DNA of 22,386 nucleotides from Exilibacterium sp. (GTDB lineage: Bacteria > Pseudomonadota > Gammaproteobacteria > Pseudomonadales > Cellvibrionaceae). The notes below the pieces were generated by a model. It saw only the letters and a list, made by a program, of their open reading frames with translations. It had not been told where the DNA came from and ran no database searches. Location of the stretch: the NCBI GenBank assembly GCA_037384225.1, contig JARROD010000145.1, positions 1-22,386 of the forward strand, in the 5' to 3' direction. Below are positions 16,359 to 22,386 of the stretch, one piece after another. The number at the start of each line of letters is the position of its first letter. The first letter of the stretch is position 1. The translations under genes were made by a program, and so were the position numbers.

Positions 16359-16408
16359 TCTCGCTGGGCTTTTCCCAGACCGAGGACGGTGGGATGGGGC
16401 GAAAAGGA

Positions 16409-17347
16409 TTATTGGTTGGTGTAGCCATGGGAAATATTAAGCATTTTTATACGATTGTAGAGTGTGCGTTTCTGGATATGCAGCTCATTGACCACTTTTT
16501 GTATAGTGCCGCCGTGGCGGGTGAGCGAATTTTCAATCAATACTTTTTCCACCCTCTTTAATCTTTCTTTCAAGGGGACGGTGATAAGACTCTGGCCAAA
16601 GCCGGATTCGGGAAGCGGCATCAAACCGAGGACAAAACGTTCTGCGGAGGCCTTCAATTCCCGATAGTTGCCCGGCCAGTTGTGACAAAGCAGGCTGTGC
16701 TGAACGACTTCATCGGCTTCAATCTGCGCGCGTTTGTGTTTTGCGCAGGCCTCCAATACAAAAGCATTAAACAGCGGAACAATCACTTCAGGTCTAGCTC
16801 GCAGTGCGGGCAACTGGATTTTTACAACACTCAAACGATAATACAGATCCCTCCGGAATTTTTTCTGCTCAACCAAATTTTCAAGTGGAATTTTCGTTGA
16901 CACAATAACCCGCATATCGACCGGTATAAAGTGTGTCGACCCCAGGCGCTCCACTCCCCGGCTTTCTAAAACTCTCAACAACTTCGCCTGCATTGTCAGC
17001 GACATGCTGTCAATTTCGTCCAGATAAAGTGTACCCTTGTTCGATGCTTCCACGTAACCGCAGCGGGACTTTTGCGCCCCAGTAAAAGCACCCGAGACGA
17101 CGCCAAACAATTCACTTTCCGCCAAAGACTCAGGTATTGCTGCACAGTTTACAGCGACGAATTCACCACTGCGACGGGATACCTCATGTATTTTTCGCGC
17201 CACCGTATGTTTCCCTGCCCCTGTTTCACCCTCGATAACGAGGTCCACTTGGGCAGCCCCCACTTCGTTGATAATTGTCCTTATTTGAGAAAACGTATCT
17301 GACTCACTTTGCGCCGGACGAGCATTGTCAACAAAGGATAACGTCAT
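16409..17347 (-). CDS. pspF: PspF-like sigma54 enhancer-binding protein. It has an AAA+ sigma54-activation domain and a C-terminal Fis-type HTH, and no N-terminal receiver or sensor domain.
   Basis: Walker A is GETGAGKH (about residue 45). The sigma54-contact GAFTGA motif, ESELFG, an arginine-finger region and a C-terminal HTH (TIQKVVNELHIQKRTLYNRIKML) are present. The domain layout is that of E. coli PspF. The ORF track starts at 17362 (MEFLIM...). The ATG at 17347 (MTLSF) has a proper GGAG Shine-Dalgarno 9 nt upstream, so I prefer it. Confidence 0.85.
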   Translation of the reverse strand: MTLSFVDNARPAQSESDTFSQIRTIINEVGAAQVDLVIEGETGAGKHTVARKIHEVSRRSGEFVAVNCAAIPESLAESELFGVVSGAFTGAQKSRCGYVEASNKGTLYLDEIDSMSLTMQAKLLRVLESRGVERLGSTHFIPVDMRVIVSTKIPLENLVEQKKFRRDLYYRLSVVKIQLPALRARPEVIVPLFNAFVLEACAKHKRAQIEADEVVQHSLLCHNWPGNYRELKASAERFVLGLMPLPESGFGQSLITVPLKERLKRVEKVLIENSLTRHGGTIQKVVNELHIQKRTLYNRIKMLNISHGYTNQ

Positions 17348-17372
17348 GATTAAAAACTCCATAGAAAAGTTA

Positions 17373-17431
17373 GGCTTTGTTCATCGTTTCGCCCACCTAA
17401 GGTGCTAACCGAGCCGGTCCGAGGAGGCGAA
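17373..17431. repeat. Hairpin repeat element, copy 2. The 59-nt core is identical to 11693-11751 but the right stem arm is missing.
   Basis: GGCTTTGTTCATCGTTTCGCCCACCTAAGGTGCTAACCGAGCCGGTCCGAGGAGGCGAA is identical to copy 1 in the same orientation. It sits 11 bp upstream of the pspF-like ORF start at 17362. Confidence 0.8.
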
Positions 17432-17697
17432 GTCCCTCCAGAGACACGCCGTAAACCCTTCCCTGGGGGCTCGAAACGCCAAAAGTTAAAAACTGTTCAG
17501 CCCACAGGCAGGGTTGCTGTAACACTAAAACCTTGGCGGTTTTTTTGTAATGACAATCACTGTGGTAGGGTTAATAACAACTGCCCACCTTTACAGCCGA
17601 TGAATCTCGGCGGTATGATTGTTTAGATTTTAGTTTAATTGGAAAATTTCAATGATCTATCTAGTTTGCGATAAAATGGACCTGGGCCAAGGCAAAC

Positions 17698-17713
17698 TGG
17701 CATTTTTATAGCA
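17698..17713 (+). promoter_or_regulatory. Sigma54-like -24/-12 match (TGGCAT-N5-TAGCA) on the plus strand. It has no annotated downstream gene.
   Basis: TGGCATTTTTATAGCA has GG and GC at the canonical 10-nt spacing, against the consensus TGGCAC-N5-TTGCA. A 29-codon mini-ORF (17747-17836) with a GGGGAAAG Shine-Dalgarno lies about 35 bp downstream. This could be a chance match. Confidence 0.25.
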
Positions 17714-17805
17714 ATCACAATTTACGGAAATGGGGAAAGTAAAAAATGGCGCGGAAACAGGCAGATCCGCAATACGTTTGTAACTTATCAACAACCCGGA
17801 GCGTT

Positions 17806-17869
17806 GTGCTTTCGATTCGGTTGATGTCCGCCTGACATTGTGTCTACCCGCGGTTATTGAAAGGGTTAC
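17806..17869. repeat. Degenerate partial copy of the REP/MITE-like element (core plus right arm).
   Basis: GTGCTTTCGATTCGGTTGATGTCCGCCTGACATTGTGTCTACCCGCGGTTATTGAAAGGGTTAC aligns with the right half of copy 1 (…TCCGCCTGACACTGTGCCTGCCCCGGGTTATTGAGAAGTTAC). It overlaps the stop codon of the clan-CD peptidase. Confidence 0.6.
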
Positions 17870-19311
17870 TCAATAAATCCTTCTTCGCATTCCTGCAAGA
17901 TTTGGCGCTGACTTTTTTCCTTCTCGGTAGCATAGCGTTCAAACCATTTTTCAAGTCTGGCTAACTTTTTCATTCTGAATATTTTGTCTACCTGCGTGAC
18001 AGTCCTTACCAAATCCAGCGCTTCCTGCTGCATCTGCAAATAACGCTGTTGCGATTCCACCAACACCTGATATTTCGGGTAGGCAATTATTTGCCCTTGG
18101 ATATCCTCCAGATCATTAGAAATGGTACGCTGGTACTCATAGGTGTAGGGATTAAATAATTCCGGCCAGTGGGATCTGAGCCGGGACTGAATGTCGTATT
18201 GCGTCTGTTCTATTTGTCGCAGTAACTGGTGCATCGCCGTATTTTGATCCGAGATCCGCTGTTGTAAGTGTGCTTTTTCCTTCAGCAACGTTTGCGCATC
18301 CAGCGTCCAACCGTTTCTGGTTGCGACAGTTTCGGCTATTTTCCAGTACTCACTTTGCTTGTTTTCTACCGCACTGTCCCAACGCAAATACCACGGTTGC
18401 CATTGTTCCAGATAGGTTTCACTGGTCGCCCGGGAGAGGTCGCTGCTGAGGGCATTGCGTAGTGTATATAAATGAGCTTCACGAAGGCTGACTTTGTGGT
18501 CCCCATTCAAATCCGGATCGCCCTCCAGCGCCGTGCCCAGACGCGACTGCCCATTGAGCGCGGCAAAAAAGTAGGTGGTGTAATCGCGAAACTCGGCCTT
18601 ATTGACGCCAAGGTCACACCCCTCAGCCTGGCGCCACGCCGATTCCGCCATAAAGCCGCAGCGCGGTTGTCGGGAAAATTCTGAGGAAAAAGGGCTTTCG
18701 TAGATCAGTTTATGAAAAGCGCCAGAATAACATTGTGTCAATACAAACCTGACTGTGGTTTCAGGCGGAGCCTTGTCCAATAACTCATCGAGTTCACTGA
18801 CCGTTAGTTTTTCATCACCCCAGAGTTTTAAATAGTTCTTATTAACATCATCGTCGTTGATACCGCCGTGACCATTGTAAATCAACAGGATATCGTCCCG
18901 GCCCGACAAGGCGGCAAAATCCCTTGTCAATCCACGCTCCAACGATGATTTATCAGTACCGCCTTTCACACGGGAAAGTTCATGCGTTTTATACCTGATT
19001 CCATTGTCACCGATGCCTGTGAAAACCCTCGCCAGAGGCTGCAAAAATTCAACCGACTCTTCTCTGGGAGCCCAGTAAGCGACGTCCTTGGTACCCGACA
19101 GACCAGCGCTGTAATAAGTGCTCAAGGCGGCGCCCTGTCCCTGCAACAATTGTTCGAGCCAGCTGACGTTTTGTTCAATTTGCCCCTGGGAGTTTTCAAT
19201 ATGATTGCCACCGCCGATTAACCATACTTTGGTTGTGGCAACTGTGGCGACAGGCATCCCCAGGGCGAGGACCGTGAGGCTTTTCACAAGTGTCTTCATT
19301 TTCTGTCTCAT
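17866..19311 (-). CDS. Secreted clan-CD cysteine peptidase (caspase/legumain-like, C13/C14-type His-Cys dyad) with a C-terminal helical/coiled-coil domain.
   Basis: There is a signal peptide (MKTLVKSLTVLALGMPVATVA). The catalytic-dyad motifs are LIYNGHGG and, about 46 residues later, LTQCYSGAF (the HG...Cx[S]G pattern typical of clan CD). The start overlaps the upstream membrane-protein stop in an ATGA. Confidence 0.7.
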   Translation of the reverse strand: MRQKMKTLVKSLTVLALGMPVATVATTKVWLIGGGNHIENSQGQIEQNVSWLEQLLQGQGAALSTYYSAGLSGTKDVAYWAPREESVEFLQPLARVFTGIGDNGIRYKTHELSRVKGGTDKSSLERGLTRDFAALSGRDDILLIYNGHGGINDDDVNKNYLKLWGDEKLTVSELDELLDKAPPETTVRFVLTQCYSGAFHKLIYESPFSSEFSRQPRCGFMAESAWRQAEGCDLGVNKAEFRDYTTYFFAALNGQSRLGTALEGDPDLNGDHKVSLREAHLYTLRNALSSDLSRATSETYLEQWQPWYLRWDSAVENKQSEYWKIAETVATRNGWTLDAQTLLKEKAHLQQRISDQNTAMHQLLRQIEQTQYDIQSRLRSHWPELFNPYTYEYQRTISNDLEDIQGQIIAYPKYQVLVESQQRYLQMQQEALDLVRTVTQVDKIFRMKKLARLEKWFERYATEKEKSQRQILQECEEGFIE

Positions 19312-19805
19312 GACGCAGCACTATTCCTTTGCCCGATCGCCAGTACCGAGTAGCGGATTGCAAACCATAGACAGGCCGCCGCATACACAAGCACGATCAT
19401 CTGGGCCACTCCCAGCAGCACCAACACCAACAGACTCCCCCCCAAAACCAGCCAGGGTAAAAACGGCATCAGCAACCCGGTAAGCCGGGCACCGTGGTAG
19501 AATATGAGTGCGCCGCCAAAAGCGGCTGCACACAACGGTGCCGCCGCCTTCCAGTCGCTCAGCAGTTGCAACAGGAGACGGCGCCTGGAGTCGAATAAAA
19601 GCAGGCGCATAAACTCAGCATCGCCCCGGAACCAGTCGAGCCCTATTTGCACCACGACGGCCGTGGGGTAAATTGCTACAATGCACACAATCAAGGTTAG
19701 TATTCTCAAAACCATACTCATTTCGGCGCGATTTTGCTGATCATGGATTTGTTGGCATTGTTCATCGTGCCGCCCACCAACAGTGCCAACCGATCCGGCG
19801 GTCAT
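19308..19805 (-). CDS. Small hydrophobic membrane protein of unknown function.
   Basis: Several TM helices are evident. The stop codon overlaps the peptidase start (ATGA at 19308-19311). The start is uncertain: an internal ATG at 19721 (MSMVLRIL) begins the first TM helix, and the upstream 28 residues are polar with no Shine-Dalgarno. Confidence 0.55.
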   Translation of the reverse strand: MTAGSVGTVGGRHDEQCQQIHDQQNRAEMSMVLRILTLIVCIVAIYPTAVVVQIGLDWFRGDAEFMRLLLFDSRRRLLLQLLSDWKAAAPLCAAAFGGALIFYHGARLTGLLMPFLPWLVLGGSLLVLVLLGVAQMIVLVYAAACLWFAIRYSVLAIGQRNSAAS

Positions 19806-19861
19806 CCGAAGGCGCAGCCAATGTGCTGATACCGGTGAATTAACAGCAGAGATGATACAGC

Positions 19862-21550
19862 TTATTTACGAATAATATAATCACCCAGAATCAATGCATC
19901 CAGTCCGGTGGAGAAAAAGCAACGAATCGCGTGCAGGGGGGATTCAACAATCGGCTCTCCCATGATATTGAAACTGGTGTTCAAAATAACCGGCACTCCG
20001 GAAAGCTTGCCAAACTCATTGATCAGCTGATGGTAGCGGGCGTTGGTTTCGGGGTGGACCGTCTGCAGGCGAGCGGTACCGTCCACATGGGTAATCGCCG
20101 GTATAACCTCTTTTTTATCCTCCTTTACATCACAGACTTTAAGCATAAAGGGTGCGTTGACATCGATATCGAAGTAATCGCCTTTGTGTTCGGCTGGCGA
20201 AGACGGGGCGAAGGGCCGGTAGGCTTCCCGGTGCTTGACTTCGGCATTGATCTTGTCTTTCATGCCGGGAATGGTCGGGTCGGCAATAATACTGCGATTC
20301 CCCAGAGCCCTGGGACCGATTTCCATACGCCCCTGAAACCACCCCAGAATCTGCCCTTCTCGCAACAGTCTGGCGGTTGCACCGCAGATATCTTCCGATT
20401 TTTCGTAACTGAGCTTGCACTCATCCAATACTGCGCGTATTTGCTCATTTGAATACTCGGTGCCCAAATAGGGATTGTTATGGTGAACACGTTTGCTCTG
20501 CTTGAGAATGCCGTTGTAAAGGTAATAAGCCGCACCAATACAAGTGCCGTTGTCTCCCGCCGCCGGCATTACATATAAATCCTTAAAGCGGGTTTCGCGC
20601 AGCAGACGGCCGTTCATAACACTATTTAGTGACACTCCACCGGCTATGACCAGATGATCGGCATCGGTTTTTTGTTCCAAAATTCGGCATATCTGCAACA
20701 CCTTGTCTTCCAGAACTTTTTGAAAAGCAGCGGCAACATCCATATGGTGGGATTGAAATTCTTCACCTTTTTTGCGCGGCGCGCCAAAAGTATCATAAAA
20801 TTTTCTCCCACAACGCTGGCGCCCCGCATTCTGATAACGGAAATAAGACAAATCGATATGAATCCGCCCTTCAGGGCTGATCGCAACCATCTTGTCGACG
20901 CTGGCATAAAACCTTTGCGGATCGCCAAAAGGAGCCAACCCCATGGTTTTGCCTTCGTCATAGTTCGGCTTAAAACCACAGAATTCTGTCGCCGCTTCGT
21001 AAAAAGAACCCAGTGAATGGGGAAACAAACTTTCATTAAAAAAGTTCAGGTTCGTACCTTCCGCCACACCGAGCATGGCTGTGGACCATTCCCCGGAACC
21101 ATCCAGTGACAGTAAAGCGGCCTTGTCATAGGGCGAGACATAGTAACTGCCGGCCATATGGGAGAGGTGATGCTCTACAAAATGCACTTTTGGACCTTTG
21201 TCCCGACTCCCCCAAACCCCACGATACCACTGCCAGAAACTGCGCTGTTTGAGAAAAATACCTAAAAATTCGTGATTGATAAACGGCAGAGCATCCTTGG
21301 TCAACGTAAATGCATAACGGATTTTTTTCCAAAGATCTTTATTTGGATCAATCGATACCGCTATGTGATCAATTTTGGAGTAGTCCAGCCCTGCATATTC
21401 CAAAGATTTTTCAATTGCCTGTACCGGAAACTGGTAAGTGTGCTTTTTGCGTGTAAAGCGCTCTTCCTCCAGGGCCACCTGCAACTCGCCATCGGCGACC
21501 ACGCAGGCTGAAGAATCGTGAAAGAAATAATTGATGCCCAATATGTTCAT
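19862..21550 (-). CDS. Carbamoyltransferase of the NodU/CmcH family.
   Basis: The N-terminus MNILGINYFFHDSSACVVADGELQVALEEERFTRKKH is the characteristic start of NodU/CmcH carbamoyltransferases. The length (562 aa) and the HxxH-type metal-binding region fit. The start overlaps the upstream gene's stop (ATGA). Confidence 0.85.
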   Translation of the reverse strand: MNILGINYFFHDSSACVVADGELQVALEEERFTRKKHTYQFPVQAIEKSLEYAGLDYSKIDHIAVSIDPNKDLWKKIRYAFTLTKDALPFINHEFLGIFLKQRSFWQWYRGVWGSRDKGPKVHFVEHHLSHMAGSYYVSPYDKAALLSLDGSGEWSTAMLGVAEGTNLNFFNESLFPHSLGSFYEAATEFCGFKPNYDEGKTMGLAPFGDPQRFYASVDKMVAISPEGRIHIDLSYFRYQNAGRQRCGRKFYDTFGAPRKKGEEFQSHHMDVAAAFQKVLEDKVLQICRILEQKTDADHLVIAGGVSLNSVMNGRLLRETRFKDLYVMPAAGDNGTCIGAAYYLYNGILKQSKRVHHNNPYLGTEYSNEQIRAVLDECKLSYEKSEDICGATARLLREGQILGWFQGRMEIGPRALGNRSIIADPTIPGMKDKINAEVKHREAYRPFAPSSPAEHKGDYFDIDVNAPFMLKVCDVKEDKKEVIPAITHVDGTARLQTVHPETNARYHQLINEFGKLSGVPVILNTSFNIMGEPIVESPLHAIRCFFSTGLDALILGDYIIRK

Positions 21551-22386
21551 TTAATTTTTCCCTTAAGAGATGCGACTGCTCTCTTTCCGTGTTTTCGCCA
21601 TACTAATCTTCCCCACAGCAGTGCAACCAGCAGCCGGGCCGTCGGCGTTTTATTATAAATTTCTGTACAATAAACAGGTTCCGAAAAAAAGCGCCAACGC
21701 TCGGCCCATGACGGCCCCGTAACCAAATTGATTTCGCATTTCTCTGCAGACTCATCGAGCGATTCCAGCAACAGCTTTAAAAGAATATTTCCCGGACCAA
21801 ACGCCTGATAACGCTCATCATAGCCGATCTTCAGTAGCGACCATTTGCCGTCGGCTTTAATGCAAAACTGGCTGGCTACATATTTTTCCCCCAATAACAG
21901 AAAATTGATCGCGGCATTTCCCGTGGGCCCAAATTCATTGATCAGAGAGCGATAAAAGGCTTCAACGCCTGGATTTGAATTAATGGACGATCCAATTCCC
22001 GACTCCCCTTTCCAACCGGAAGCCTCAATCGAAAGAAAGTGTTCAAAGGCTTCCTGCAACTCCGACTCTTTGGTCACAACTTTCAGTTGCACTTTCCCGT
22101 GCTCAGCTTCGGCTTTTCGCTGTAAGCGGGAAACATTTTTCAAGTGTTTGCGGGAAACGGCTTCAGATGACGGTAACTCCATGCCGCAGGGTTGGTAAAA
22201 ACTCCGGGCATAAGCTTCCACTGGATAACTAGCGTCCTGACTGATTGCTGCGTAGAGATTCGATCGCTGGCGAAATTTTGTCAGGCTCAATAAACTCCAT
22301 CTGTCTCCACTCTGATTGCGTAGAAAATCAACAAAAAAATCCAATACACCATGGCTGTCAACATCGTCGCAGATAAGCACATCGGT
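21547..22386 (-). CDS. GNAT-fold acyltransferase, FemAB / BioF2-like (CelD-type). The 5' end is truncated by the window edge.
   Basis: The ORF is open to the right-hand window edge. The protein shows the FemAB-like / Acetyltransf_6 pattern (...GNILLKLLLESL..., ...WKGESGIGSSINSNPG...). The stop overlaps the carbamoyltransferase start, which suggests translational coupling. Confidence 0.6.
   Translation of the reverse strand, partial: TDVLICDDVDSHGVLDFFVDFLRNQSGDRWSLLSLTKFRQRSNLYAAISQDASYPVEAYARSFYQPCGMELPSSEAVSRKHLKNVSRLQRKAEAEHGKVQLKVVTKESELQEAFEHFLSIEASGWKGESGIGSSINSNPGVEAFYRSLINEFGPTGNAAINFLLLGEKYVASQFCIKADGKWSLLKIGYDERYQAFGPGNILLKLLLESLDESAEKCEINLVTGPSWAERWRFFSEPVYCTEIYNKTPTARLLVALLWGRLVWRKHGKRAVASLKGKIK

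Noticed and set aside
1-22386. CRISPR arrays, tRNA/rRNA genes, and transposase or integrase genes that would mark a mobile island.
   Set aside because: I found no short regularly spaced direct repeats, no cloverleaf-like conserved tRNA segments and no DDE or tyrosine-recombinase-like ORFs. Only direct repeats support the idea of a mobile module.

Overview
This 22.4-kb window looks like gammaproteobacterial chromosome, probably from a marine polysaccharide-degrading lineage (inference). The middle ~11.4 kb is a tight same-strand (minus) gene array that I do not recognise as a described system. Reading 5'->3' on the minus strand it encodes: a PspF-like sigma54 enhancer-binding protein with no N-terminal regulatory domain; a YjfI-like DUF2170 protein; a YjfJ-like PspA/IM30 protein (the bacterial ESCRT-III-like family); a YqiJ-like short NfeD membrane protein; a 659-aa YqiK-like SPFH/flotillin; a 1812-aa protein carrying a MoxR/AAA_5-type ATPase domain; and a rhomboid intramembrane serine protease. 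The yjfIJ and yqiJK halves sit in separate operons in E. coli, and the sigma54 activator and the giant ATPase are additional. I propose this as a candidate membrane-stress or membrane-remodelling module, and it is the most interesting thing in the window. The five-gene core (flotillin, yqiJ, pspA, yjfI, pspF) is bracketed by two identical 59-bp direct repeats, one of which is a complete 17-bp-stem hairpin. An unrelated 85-95-bp intergenic inverted-repeat element (core CCCGGGTTATTGAGAAG) occurs four to five times in the window. Flanking genes are an M13 (neprilysin/PepO-like) zinc lipoprotein peptidase, a secreted multi-domain esterase of the PHB-depolymerase/LpqC esterase family, and a four-gene minus-strand operon with ATGA start/stop overlaps (truncated GNAT/FemAB-like acyltransferase, NodU/CmcH-type carbamoyltransferase, small membrane protein, secreted clan-CD caspase/legumain-like cysteine peptidase). 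I found no rRNA, tRNA, CRISPR array, transposase or integrase. All family assignments come from motifs read in the translations and from memory of the E. coli homologues; none is a database hit.
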